Positions 48,362-57,421 of a DNA stretch of 64,000 bases are shown in pieces. The DNA comes from Longimicrobiales bacterium (GTDB lineage: Bacteria > Gemmatimonadota > Gemmatimonadetes > Longimicrobiales > Gaopeijiaceae), in the NCBI GenBank assembly GCA_965204735.1, contig OZ242008.1, positions 1,664,001 through 1,728,000 on the forward strand, in the 5' to 3' direction. Both the position numbers and the translations under genes were made by a program. Positions within the stretch are counted from its first letter, which is position 1, and every line of letters starts with the position of its first letter. The notes beneath the pieces are model-generated. The model was given only the letters and a program-made list of their open reading frames with translations. It was not told where the DNA came from and did no database searches.

Positions 48362-48960
48362 TCCGCGCGCTAGGGCCGCCACCGGCGCGTGCTCGAAGGA
48401 CCCCGGCCAGTCGTCGGGTGACCCGCGCGCTAGGGCCGCTGCCGGGCCCAGGCCGATCGGTGCCGGCTCCTCGCCGACCCGAGTCGAGCCTGCCGCGACC
48501 TGCCGCGGCCTCGAGCCTGCCGCGACCCGTCGCGGCCCCTGGGTTCTCGCTGGTGGAGCTCTTGATGGCGCTGGCCTGCGTCGCTGTCCTGACTCCCCCG
48601 TTGCTGGGCTCGGCCGCCAAGCTTCGGGCGGGGTTCCGCCTTCGCCAAGCCCAGGAGGAGGCCGCCCGGCTCTTCGCCCAGGCGCGGTGGACGGCCGTGA
48701 GCGTCGGCGGCGCGGTCGTGGAGCTTGCGGCGGACCCGCCATCGGGGCTGGTGGTGTCGGCGACGGGGGACACGGTGGCGGCCACGCGCTTCGGTGGAAA
48801 GGGCGTGTCCCTTCGCCTCTCCCGAGGCCGGTCCGCGACCCGGCTGCGCTACGGGCCCATGGGCCTGGGAATGGTCTCGAGCCAGACTCTGCGCTTCCGG
48901 GCGGGAGAGAGCGAGCGGTCGGTGGTGGTGTCGTCCCTTGGCCGGGTGAGTAGGCGGTGA
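48358..48960 (+). CDS. Minor pilin (FimT/GspH-like) with a long repeat-derived leader
   Basis: PG|FSLVELLMALA prepilin motif and C-terminal VVVSSLGRV typical of FimT-like proteins. Start uncertain. Confidence 0.7.
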   Translation: MIRALGPPPARARRTPASRRVTRALGPLPGPGRSVPAPRRPESSLPRPAAASSLPRPVAAPGFSLVELLMALACVAVLTPPLLGSAAKLRAGFRLRQAQEEAARLFAQARWTAVSVGGAVVELAADPPSGLVVSATGDTVAATRFGGKGVSLRLSRGRSATRLRYGPMGLGMVSSQTLRFRAGESERSVVVSSLGRVSRR

Positions 48961-49316
48961 ACCGGTGCGGCGGCTCCTTCGTGGAGGCGGTGGTGGCCTT
49001 GGCGGTGCTGGGAGTGGGGGTTGCGGCAGTTGCGGGCGTGACGAGCGGGGCGGCGCAGGCGCTGGCTCGAGCCCGGGCGCTCGACGACGCCCACGCCCTG
49101 CTGGACAGCTTCGTCGACTCGGTGGCGGCCGTCCACGGGGCCGGCTCGGGCGGAGGGGCGGACAAGGGGCAGGTCTCCCTGGAGTGGGGCGACCTCTCGT
49201 GGGAAGTTGCTCCGCCCGGGTCGGTCGGGTGGGCAAGGGTGGAGCACCGAGCGCTTCCTTCGCCGGTCGAGGTCGCGTTCGCCTTGCCCGCCGACTCCGG
49301 AAGAACGGTCCCGTGA
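48957..49316 (+). CDS. Minor pilin (PilV-like)
   Basis: RCGG|SFVEAVVALAVL degenerate prepilin motif. GTGA overlaps at both ends. Confidence 0.65.
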   Translation: MNRCGGSFVEAVVALAVLGVGVAAVAGVTSGAAQALARARALDDAHALLDSFVDSVAAVHGAGSGGGADKGQVSLEWGDLSWEVAPPGSVGWARVEHRALPSPVEVAFALPADSGRTVP

Positions 49317-50056
49317 ACCGCCAGTCGGGCCGGGGCGTGGCCAGCGGTCCGCGGGGGTCGGGCCAGCGGCGAGCCGGATTCATGCTGGCCGAGGCGGTGG
49401 TGGTCGGCACCCTCCTGCTCCTGGCCGCCCAGGCCGCTTGGTGGACGACGGCGGTGCAGAGCAGGGTGGCGACCGGGGTGGTGGACCGGGCCAGGGCGCT
49501 GGACGAGGCTCGGCTGGTTCGCCACGTGGTGGGATCGGAGGCGAGGAGCGGAAAGGCTGGGCGCGACTGGGAGGTCGCAGGGGGCGAACTGCGCCTGCGC
49601 GCGTTTCGCGGGATCGGCTTCGGCTGCGCCGTCCAGCCGTCGGACGGATGGGGGGTAGCGGCGTGGGGACACCGGAACCCGAACCCCGAGAAGGACTCGG
49701 TCCTGGTGCTGACCGCGGACGGCGCCTGGCAGAGCACGGCGCTGGTTCGCAGGTCGCGGGGCGTTGGGCTCGACTGCGCCGACCTGACGGGGTTCTCGCC
49801 CGAGGTCTGGCACCTGGACCCGGCGCCCTCCGCCCCGGTGGTGGGCGTGTACTTCGAGCGCGGCGCGTACCGCTTCTCCGACGGGGCGCTCCGGTACCGC
49901 CAACGAACTCGATGGCAGCCTCTGACGAGCACCAAGCTGACGGGAGACTCGGCCGCCTTCTCCGGCAGCGGCGACCGGGTAAGCGCCGACCTGGGGACGC
50001 CGAAGCCGAACGCCCCCGCGGTCCAGCGCCGATGGACCGGATGGGGTCGCCGATGA
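49313..50056 (+). CDS. Minor pilin (PilW-like)
   Basis: GTG 49313, RRAG|FMLAEAVVVGTLLL prepilin motif, and position in the minor pilin series. Confidence 0.65.
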   Translation: MNRQSGRGVASGPRGSGQRRAGFMLAEAVVVGTLLLLAAQAAWWTTAVQSRVATGVVDRARALDEARLVRHVVGSEARSGKAGRDWEVAGGELRLRAFRGIGFGCAVQPSDGWGVAAWGHRNPNPEKDSVLVLTADGAWQSTALVRRSRGVGLDCADLTGFSPEVWHLDPAPSAPVVGVYFERGAYRFSDGALRYRQRTRWQPLTSTKLTGDSAAFSGSGDRVSADLGTPKPNAPAVQRRWTGWGRR

Positions 50057-51099
50057 GACGCTGCGTCGTCGACGGTCGGGAGGGCTTTGCCTTGGCCGTG
50101 GTCGTGTTGGCCCTCTTGGTTCTGGCGGGCATCGCCTCCGCGGCCGTGGCCGCGGCGGTGGGGCAAGTTCGCTCCGCCGTCGCGGCGGGGCAGCTCCTGG
50201 CGGCCCGAGCGTCGGCTCGCGCGGGGCTGGAGGCTGCGTTCGCCGCGACGACGGGCCCGAGCGCGGCCTCGGTGGGCGGGGCGGCAGTGGAGCTGGCGTC
50301 GGAAACGTCGGACGACGGGGGTGCGTGGCGGGTGCTGGACCTGCGGATCACGGCCGAGCACCACTTGCTGGTCGGCCAGGCCACGACGGGCCGGGGCGTT
50401 GCGTTCCGCGAGCTTCGGCCGGCGTGGTGGATGGACCCCGAGACGCGGGTGGCGGATCACCGGGCTGTGCTGGAAGGAGCGGAAGCGGTGGTGGCCGCAG
50501 GCGCCCGAACGTCGGCCGACCGCTTGCTGGGAGCGAGGCCCGGAGTCGATGCGTGCGGCGCGAGCAAAGCGCTGGCCGACGCGTTCGCGGGCCGAGTCGT
50601 GCCCACCACGGGGCCGCTTCCTCGCACCGACGAACGGCGGGACCCGCGGAGAACGCCGGGGGACTCGGTGGACGGCGGGGGCCAAGAGGTGGCCATCGGG
50701 CTGCTGCGGGGCGCGATGCTCAGCCGCAGAGCCGGCTCGCGGTTGCCGGTGGGGACCGATTGCCCCGAGTGCTGGAGGGGAGTGGTGGCCGGCGCGGGGA
50801 ACTCGACGGTCACCGGCTCCGGGCGCGGCGTGCTGGTGGTGCAGGGCGACCTCGCGTTCGCGCCGGGGTCGTCCTGGACGGGCCTCGTCGTGGCGTCCGG
50901 GAACGTGGACGTGCAGCGGTCGGCGACGGTCACGGGCCTCGTGCGCGGCGGAGGGAGGGTCGCCGTGGCCGACGGGGCCGTGGTGGACGGCTCGGCCTGC
51001 GCCGCGTTGCGGGCGCTGGAGTCGGCCGGGTCCCTGCTTCGCCCCTTCCCGGTCGCCGGCCTCTCCTGGGCGGCGGCCTTCGCGCCGAGCGGACCGTAG
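50053..51099 (+). CDS. Minor pilin (PilX-like)
   Basis: ATG 50053, REG|FALAVVVLALLVL lacking Glu5 (a PilX trait), and a C-terminal GRGVLVVQGDL...WTGLVV.SG beta-rich region. Confidence 0.7.
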   Translation: MRRCVVDGREGFALAVVVLALLVLAGIASAAVAAAVGQVRSAVAAGQLLAARASARAGLEAAFAATTGPSAASVGGAAVELASETSDDGGAWRVLDLRITAEHHLLVGQATTGRGVAFRELRPAWWMDPETRVADHRAVLEGAEAVVAAGARTSADRLLGARPGVDACGASKALADAFAGRVVPTTGPLPRTDERRDPRRTPGDSVDGGGQEVAIGLLRGAMLSRRAGSRLPVGTDCPECWRGVVAGAGNSTVTGSGRGVLVVQGDLAFAPGSSWTGLVVASGNVDVQRSATVTGLVRGGGRVAVADGAVVDGSACAALRALESAGSLLRPFPVAGLSWAAAFAPSGP

Positions 51100-51103
51100 C
51101 GGC

Positions 51104-52102
51104 GTGGGCTGGTTCGGGCGAAGGAGGACCACGGTCGGTCTCGACGTCGGCAGCCGCTGGGCGAAGCTGGTTGAAGTCGACCACGGCGGCGGCCGCCCGG
51201 AGGTGGTCGGCGCGGGCGCCGCGAGAGTGCCCGAAGGCGCCGTCGTCGACGGCGAAGTCGTGGACGCGGACCTCGTGACCGAGTCGGTTCGCGGTCTCGT
51301 TGCCGACGTCGGCGCGCGCGGGCCGGACGTGGTGATCGCGATGGGCGGCCACGACGTCTTCGTCAAGAAGGTGGAGATGAAGCGCGCCAAGCGCTCGGCG
51401 CTTCGCGCGGCAATCGAGCGGGAGGCCGAGCGCCTCGTGCCCTTCGACATCGACAGCGTGGAGCTCGACCACCACACGCTGGGCGCCGCGGGAGACGGCC
51501 GTCGCGTCGATGTGCTCCTCGTGGCGGCGAAGCGGGAGGCGGTCGCCGCACGGGTCGACGTGGTGGCCCGGGCCGGACTGAATCCGGTCCTGGTCGACGT
51601 GGAGGCGTTCGCGCTGCACAACGCCTTCACGTGCAACTACGGGCGGAGCGCCGAAGACGCCGTTGCCCTGGTCGACATTCGACGCGAGAGCGCCACCGTG
51701 AACGTGCTGGAAGGCGCCGCCCCGCTCCTGGCTGGAGACGTTCCGATCGGCCCGAGCGCGGCGTGGGCTGCCGAAGGGGACGAGGCGCCGCCCGCCGGCG
51801 GCCGGACCTCCGCAGTGGAAGAAGCGGCGGAAGCGCTTGCGGCAGCGGTCGAGCGGGCTTCGGCGCTCCTGGCCGCCCGACGGTCTCCCACCGGACTGGG
51901 CCGAGTCTTCTTGAGCGGAAGCGGCGCGTGCGTTCCCGGCTTGGCCGAGAGCCTCGCCCGTCGCGTCGGAGTGGAGACGCGTCTCGCGAACCCCTTCGAG
52001 CGAGTGCCGGTGCGTTCCGGCGCCCGGTGCCGGGGAATCTCCCTGAACCGTTCGGCGCCGATGCTGCTGTTGGCGCTGGGACTCGCCCTGCGAACCCCGT
52101 AA
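51104..52102 (+). CDS. pilM: Type IV pilus assembly protein PilM
   Basis: VGLDVGS...KLVE, PFDID.V.LD, VLLVAAKRE, VDVEAFAL.N, FLSGSGA and ANPF motifs. Confidence 0.9.
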   Translation: MGWFGRRRTTVGLDVGSRWAKLVEVDHGGGRPEVVGAGAARVPEGAVVDGEVVDADLVTESVRGLVADVGARGPDVVIAMGGHDVFVKKVEMKRAKRSALRAAIEREAERLVPFDIDSVELDHHTLGAAGDGRRVDVLLVAAKREAVAARVDVVARAGLNPVLVDVEAFALHNAFTCNYGRSAEDAVALVDIRRESATVNVLEGAAPLLAGDVPIGPSAAWAAEGDEAPPAGGRTSAVEEAAEALAAAVERASALLAARRSPTGLGRVFLSGSGACVPGLAESLARRVGVETRLANPFERVPVRSGARCRGISLNRSAPMLLLALGLALRTP

Positions 52103-52138
52103 GCGCGCCTTCGGGAGGCGCATGGAGAAGCGGAAGAA

Positions 52139-52798
52139 ATGATCGAAGTCGACCTGCTGGGTTCCCAGGGCAAGGCGGGGCCACGGACTCCGAGGCCGGC
52201 TGCGGCCGGCCGGTCCGGAGACATGCGGGCTTGGCGGGGTCGAAGACTCCGGGAGCTGTGGACCGACGGGTGGGTTCTCGCCTCTGCGGCAGCAGCGGCG
52301 GCGGGCGTGGGCTGGGCCGCCTACATGGCGGCGTCGGCAAGCGCCATGGAGTCGCGAGCCGTCGCGGCCCTGGAACGGGCTCTCGAGGATTCGGTCCGAC
52401 ACGCCGAGTCGCTGAAGAAGATGAAGACGCTGGAGGAGCGCCGGGACGCAATCGCCGGAAGGGCGGCCGTCATCGAGGCCCTCGACGCCCAGCGCTACGC
52501 GTGGCCCCGCATCATGAGCGAAGTCGCCCGCGCCCTGCCGGCAGATGCTTGGCTGGTCCACCTGGGCCAGACCTCGGGCGGACCCGCGCGGATTCGCATC
52601 GAGGGAATGGCGACGGACAACCTTGCCGTCGCCCGCTTCTGGAACGGCTTGGAGTCGTCCCGCGAGATCGGAGCCGTCCACCTGGTGGCGCTCGAGCACG
52701 CAACGGAAGAACGGCCCGGCGGACCCGCGGACGTGTACTACTTCGTGCTGGAAGCGGCCCGAGCGGAGCTGGAGCTCCCGGCGGGGTACGGATCGTGA
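52139..52798 (+). CDS. pilN: PilN domain protein
   Basis: MIEVDLL (INLL-like), TM helix, coiled coil, then WP.IM.EV.RALP...WL and IEG.A. Lies directly after pilM. Confidence 0.85.
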   Translation: MIEVDLLGSQGKAGPRTPRPAAAGRSGDMRAWRGRRLRELWTDGWVLASAAAAAAGVGWAAYMAASASAMESRAVAALERALEDSVRHAESLKKMKTLEERRDAIAGRAAVIEALDAQRYAWPRIMSEVARALPADAWLVHLGQTSGGPARIRIEGMATDNLAVARFWNGLESSREIGAVHLVALEHATEERPGGPADVYYFVLEAARAELELPAGYGS

Positions 52799-53361
52799 GG
52801 CTGTTGCCCGGGGAGCCTAGGCGCCGGCGCGCCCTTCTGACGGCCGCCCTTGCCCTCTGCGCGTCCTACTCCGTCCACTACTACGTCTACGCTCCTGCGA
52901 AGCGCGATGCCGACGAGGTGCGGGCCCGCCTGGAGGAGTTGCGGGCGATGAACCGCCGGGCCGACGCCGCGACGGCGGAAGGAGCCGCGTCGCTGGATCG
53001 GCGGCTGGCGCTGTACGAACGCCACATCTCCGACTTGGAGAAGCTGATCCCGGCCAACGAGGAAGTGCCGGCCCTTCTTGCCGCCGTGTCGGCGGAGGAG
53101 CGCCTGGCCGGCGTGGAGGTCGTCGCGATGCGCCCCGAGCCGCCGGAGCCCGGCGAGTACTACCAGCGACGCAGCTACGAGCTCCGCGTCGAGGGCGGCT
53201 ACCACCAAGTGGGCGCCTTCATGACGGCCATCGCGTCGCTGGAAAGGATCGTCGCCCCCACGGACGTGTCGATCGCGCCGGCAGGGTCCCCCGTTCCCGG
53301 AAGCGGCCCAGGACTGGTCGTGGCGAGCTTCCGGATTCGCACCTACTCGAGAGGAGGATGA
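52795..53361 (+). CDS. pilO: Type IV pilus assembly protein PilO
   Basis: GTG 52795. TM and coiled coil, then LIPANEEVPALL and GGYHQVGAFMTAIASLERIV. Confidence 0.88.
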   Translation: MRLLPGEPRRRRALLTAALALCASYSVHYYVYAPAKRDADEVRARLEELRAMNRRADAATAEGAASLDRRLALYERHISDLEKLIPANEEVPALLAAVSAEERLAGVEVVAMRPEPPEPGEYYQRRSYELRVEGGYHQVGAFMTAIASLERIVAPTDVSIAPAGSPVPGSGPGLVVASFRIRTYSRGG

Positions 53362-53362
53362 G

Positions 53363-53827
53363 ATGAGGTCGACGGCGGCAACCGCGCTGCTCGCGACGTG
53401 CACGCTGGGGTCGGTCCCTGAACGAGGCCAGGGACAGGACGCTTCCGGGCGCTTGGCCTTCGAACGTGAGTTCTTCGTCTACCCGGCTTCGGCCCGGCGA
53501 GACCCGTTCCGGCCTCCTGCCGACTCCGGCGGCGCCCTCCCCGTGGTGGAGGACCTGTCGCTCTTGGGGGTCGTCCATGCCCGGGAGCCGGGACGGAGCG
53601 TCGTGCTCCTGGCCGCCACGGGCGAGCACGCCAGCGCCGGCGCCGGCCCCGCCTCCGGGAGGACGCTCCGGCTTCGCCCCGGCGGCCGAGCCGGAAAGGT
53701 GCGCATTGTGGAGATCGGCCTTGATCGGGTCCTGGTTGCGGTGGAGGAGCCCGACGGACGGGTGCGGTCCGCCGAGATCGAAGTGCCGCGAAGGCGACCG
53801 GCGGGAATGCAGGGAGAGGGGTCGTGA
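53363..53827 (+). CDS. PilP-like protein
   Basis: RRDPF motif, L.LLGVV and G..RIVEI...V. Lies between pilO and pilQ. Confidence 0.7.
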   Translation: MRSTAATALLATCTLGSVPERGQGQDASGRLAFEREFFVYPASARRDPFRPPADSGGALPVVEDLSLLGVVHAREPGRSVVLLAATGEHASAGAGPASGRTLRLRPGGRAGKVRIVEIGLDRVLVAVEEPDGRVRSAEIEVPRRRPAGMQGEGS

Positions 53828-55188
53828 GGCGCCTTCTGGTCGTTGCGGCTGCTTCGGCCGTCTCGATCGGCTCTCCCTCCGGGGCGCCGGGACAGTCGGC
53901 CGAGCCTCCGATCTCGGTGTTCTTCGCTTCCGCTCCGATCCAGGACGTGCTCTTCGCCTTCGCAGAGTTCGCCGACCGATCGATCGTTGCCGGTCCAGGC
54001 GTCCAGGGGGCGGTGTCGGCCGAGATTCGCGACCAGCCGTGGGACGTGGCGTTCGAGGCACTGCTGGACGCACATGGGCTCGTGGCCCGGGAGCTGGAGA
54101 GCGGGATCATTCGCGTGGACGACGCCCGCAGCCTCTTCGACCACGAGGCGGTGGAGCCGCTGAAGACCAGGGCGTTCCGGGCGAGCTACGCGGACGCGGC
54201 CGAACTCCTGGACCCGGTGGCTGGACTGTTGAGCGAGAGAGGGCGGGCGTCGGTCGGGTCCGCCGTCAACGCCGTCGTCGTGACCGACGTCGCACGGGTG
54301 CTGGAGGCGGCGCAGCGCTTGGTGGAGGAACTGGACGCGCCGGGGCTCCAAGTGGACATCGCCGCCAAGATCGTCTTCGTGAACAGGACCGGACTGGAAG
54401 GCTTCGGCGTCACCTACGACCTCAAGGACCTGGGCGGCAACCAGCTCAACCTCCTGACGCCCGGCGTCGCCGACAAGAACGGCGACGGCGTGATCGAGCT
54501 TCCTGGCGATCTAGTCCCGCGCGGAACCAACGTCGTCTCCTTGGGGGGCGCCTCGCTGGCCGCCCTGGGCAACGCGCTGGACCGGGTGGCGAACCCCACC
54601 CTGACGCTGCTCGGGTCGCTGGTGATGGGGCGGAGCACCCTGGTCGGCTTCATCGAAGCCCTGAAGTCGGTGCAGCTCACCGAAGTGGAGGCCCGGCCTT
54701 CGGTTCGGGTCCTCGACAACCACACCGCCAAGATCGTGGTCGGGGAGGAGACTCCCGTGCGGGTCGTGGACGCGGGCGCCCTGAGCGGCGCGGACGGCGG
54801 CGAGGGAAGCCGCAACTCGGGGCCGGTGGCCACGGTGGACTACAAGGAGACCGGCGTGATCCTGGAAGTCACGCCCCGGGTCGCGAGCGACGACGAAGTC
54901 CTGCTGGACTTGGCGGCGGAGCGCTCGTCCGCCGATCTGGGACCGTCGGACGTGGGCTTGGTCTTCCGACGCCAGAAGGCCGAGTCCAAGGTCCTGGCAA
55001 GGGACGGCCAGACGGTGGTGATCGGGGGGCTCACCGTAGAGGAGACCAGCCACGGGCGCTCCGGCATCCCGCTGCTCATGGACATTCCTCTTCTCGGCGC
55101 CCTCTTCCGCACGACGAAGGAAATCCGACTCCAGCGCGACCTGCTGATCCTCGTGACTCCCACCATCGTCCGTCCCGCCGTGCAGTAG
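53824..55188 (+). CDS. pilQ: Type IV pilus secretin PilQ (short form, no AMIN domains)
   Basis: STN/N0 region (PWDVAFEALL), LDAP..QV.I.AKIV, VLDNHTAKI.VG, TGVILEVTP, DGQTVVIGGL, GIPLLMDIPLLGALFR and LLILVTP. Confidence 0.92.
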   Translation: MRRLLVVAAASAVSIGSPSGAPGQSAEPPISVFFASAPIQDVLFAFAEFADRSIVAGPGVQGAVSAEIRDQPWDVAFEALLDAHGLVARELESGIIRVDDARSLFDHEAVEPLKTRAFRASYADAAELLDPVAGLLSERGRASVGSAVNAVVVTDVARVLEAAQRLVEELDAPGLQVDIAAKIVFVNRTGLEGFGVTYDLKDLGGNQLNLLTPGVADKNGDGVIELPGDLVPRGTNVVSLGGASLAALGNALDRVANPTLTLLGSLVMGRSTLVGFIEALKSVQLTEVEARPSVRVLDNHTAKIVVGEETPVRVVDAGALSGADGGEGSRNSGPVATVDYKETGVILEVTPRVASDDEVLLDLAAERSSADLGPSDVGLVFRRQKAESKVLARDGQTVVIGGLTVEETSHGRSGIPLLMDIPLLGALFRTTKEIRLQRDLLILVTPTIVRPAVQ

Positions 55189-55367
55189 TCCGCGCCGTGG
55201 CGGCGGGCTCCGCTCGGGCGCGCCGGCGCCGACGCTTGCTCGCGCAACCTCCAGCGGCTTCCCCGAAGCCGTCGCCTTGGCTATCTATGGACGCCCCCGC
55301 GCGGTCGCCATGCGCCGCCGCCTCCCCCGTGCCCCGGGTCGTAACCGCGCCCCCGACTCGTTCGCCC

Positions 55368-56600
55368 ATGCCGTTCGGCAGCTTGTCCTTCCACACCGCC
55401 GGGGAGTCCCACGGTCGAGGACTGATCGCGGTGATCGAGGGCGTCCCCGCCGGCCTGCCCCTGGACCCGGCGTCCCACGTCGACCCCGAGCTGAGGCGCC
55501 GCCAAGGCGGCTACGGACGGGGCCGGCGGATGCAGATCGAGTCGGACCGGGCGGAAGTGGTCTCGGGCGTCCGCCTGGGCGAGACGCTGGGCTCCCCGCT
55601 CTCGATGCTGGTGTGGAACCGCGACTGGGAGAACTGGACCGTCGCCATGGCCCACGGTCCGCCGGACCCGGAGGGCAACCCCAAGGCGCTGCGGCCCGTC
55701 TACCTTCCCCGGCCCGGCCACGCCGACTTGGCGGGCGTCCTCAAGTACGACCGTCGCGACGCCCGGGACGTGCTGGAGCGGGCGTCCGCTCGGGAGACGG
55801 CGGCTCGGGTCGCCTGCGGCGCGGTGGCCAAGACTCTCCTGCGCGCCCTCGGCGCATCCGTGGGCAGCCACGTCACCCGGATCGGTTCAGTGGAGGCCCA
55901 CGTCCCGCGGCGCTTGCCCGCCGACCTGAACGCCGCCGCCGACGCCTCGCCGGTCCGCGCGTTGGACCCGGAGGCCGGCGCCGCCATGGTCAAGGCGATC
56001 GACCATGCCCGCGAGGAGGGCGACACGCTGGGAGGGTGCTTCGAGGTCGTGGTCCGCGGCCTGCCCGTGGGGCTCGGCAGCTACGTCTCCTGGGACCGGA
56101 AGCTGGACGGCCGCCTCGCTCACGCCGTCATGTCCGTCCACGCCGTCAAGGGGGTCGAGATCGGCCCCGCCTTCGCCAACGCCGCCCGGCCCGGCTCCCG
56201 CGTCCACGACGCCATCCTGCGAGACGAGGCCCGCGTCCGGGCGGGCGGCTTCGGACGGGCGCAAAACCGAGCCGGGGGGCTGGAGGGCGGGATCACCACC
56301 GGCGAGCCTCTCGTCGTGCGGGGCGCGATGAAGCCGATCTCGACCCTGCTGCGGAAGCGGCTGCCCAGCGTCGACCTGCGGGACGGCAGCGTCCGCGAGG
56401 CGGCCGTGGAGCGGAGCGACGTGTGCGCGGTGCCCGCCGCCGCGGTGGTGGCCGAGGCCATGGTCGCCCTGGTTGCGGCCGACGCGCTCCTGGAGAAGTT
56501 CGGCGGCGACTCGCTTCCCGAGCTGCGCCGCAACCTGGACGGCTACCTGAAGCGCCTGGCCGCTCGCGGCTTCGGGAAACGAGGGACGGACGAACCGTGA
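55368..56600 (+). CDS. aroC: Chorismate synthase
   Basis: TAGESHG, RRQGGYGRGRRM, PRPGHAD, ERASARETA, GGLEGGIT, MKPISTL and ERSDVCAVP. Confidence 0.95.
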   Translation: MPFGSLSFHTAGESHGRGLIAVIEGVPAGLPLDPASHVDPELRRRQGGYGRGRRMQIESDRAEVVSGVRLGETLGSPLSMLVWNRDWENWTVAMAHGPPDPEGNPKALRPVYLPRPGHADLAGVLKYDRRDARDVLERASARETAARVACGAVAKTLLRALGASVGSHVTRIGSVEAHVPRRLPADLNAAADASPVRALDPEAGAAMVKAIDHAREEGDTLGGCFEVVVRGLPVGLGSYVSWDRKLDGRLAHAVMSVHAVKGVEIGPAFANAARPGSRVHDAILRDEARVRAGGFGRAQNRAGGLEGGITTGEPLVVRGAMKPISTLLRKRLPSVDLRDGSVREAAVERSDVCAVPAAAVVAEAMVALVAADALLEKFGGDSLPELRRNLDGYLKRLAARGFGKRGTDEP

Positions 56601-57421
56601 CGGGCCGCCCGCCGTCGAACGCGCCGCTGCCGGACCCGTCGGCGCGGGCTAGGCCCGGCAACGCGAAGTCCACGGGGTCGGACCCGTCGGCGCGGGCCCG
56701 GTCGCCGGACCCTCCGCCGTCCTCGCCGCCGGCGCCCTCGGCGGACCCTCCGCCCTCGCCGCTGCCGCGCCTCCCGTCGCCCGCGCCGCCGCGCCGGCTG
56801 GTGCTGGTCGGCTTCATGGGCGCGGGGAAGTCCACCGTCGGCTCCTTGGTTGCCCGGAGCCTCGGGTGGGAGTTCGTGGACCTGGACCAACAAGTGGAAC
56901 GATCCGCAGGGCGCGCCGTCGCCGAGATCATCCGGGACCTCGGCTTGGCCGTCTTCCGCCGGATGGAGGCGGAGGCCGGCCGTCGGGCGCTGGCTCGCGA
57001 CCGGGTCGTGGTCGCCGCCGGCGGGGGCTGGGCCGGCGAGCCGGGCCGGATGGCCGAGGCGCGTCGCGCCGCCCTCACCGTGTGGCTCCAGGTTCGCCCC
57101 GCCACTGCGCTGGCTCGAGTCGAGGCCTCCGGCGTCCCGCGACCCCTGCTGGAAGACGCTCGCAACCCCCTTGCGGCGGCGGAGGCCCTCCTGGCTGAAC
57201 GGGCGTCCCGCTACGCGCTGGGCGACATTACAATCGACACCGAGGGAAGGTCGCCGGCGGAAGTCGCCCTGGAAGTCCTCGCCCGAACCGGCACGACGAC
57301 CCTCGCCCGAAGTGGCCCGGCCCGAACCGACCCAGGCCGGACCGGCCTCGCTCGCACCGTTCCGAGCGGCGGTCCAACACGCAACCCAGGCGGAGAAGAC
57401 GGCAGGAAGGCAACAGCGTGA
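56597..57421 (+). CDS. aroK: Shikimate kinase with Pro-rich repeat extensions
   Basis: GTG overlaps the aroC stop. LVGFMGAGKSTVG, FVDLD, FRRME, GGG, RPLL and R...Y motifs. Confidence 0.9.
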   Translation: MTGRPPSNAPLPDPSARARPGNAKSTGSDPSARARSPDPPPSSPPAPSADPPPSPLPRLPSPAPPRRLVLVGFMGAGKSTVGSLVARSLGWEFVDLDQQVERSAGRAVAEIIRDLGLAVFRRMEAEAGRRALARDRVVVAAGGGWAGEPGRMAEARRAALTVWLQVRPATALARVEASGVPRPLLEDARNPLAAAEALLAERASRYALGDITIDTEGRSPAEVALEVLARTGTTTLARSGPARTDPGRTGLARTVPSGGPTRNPGGEDGRKATA

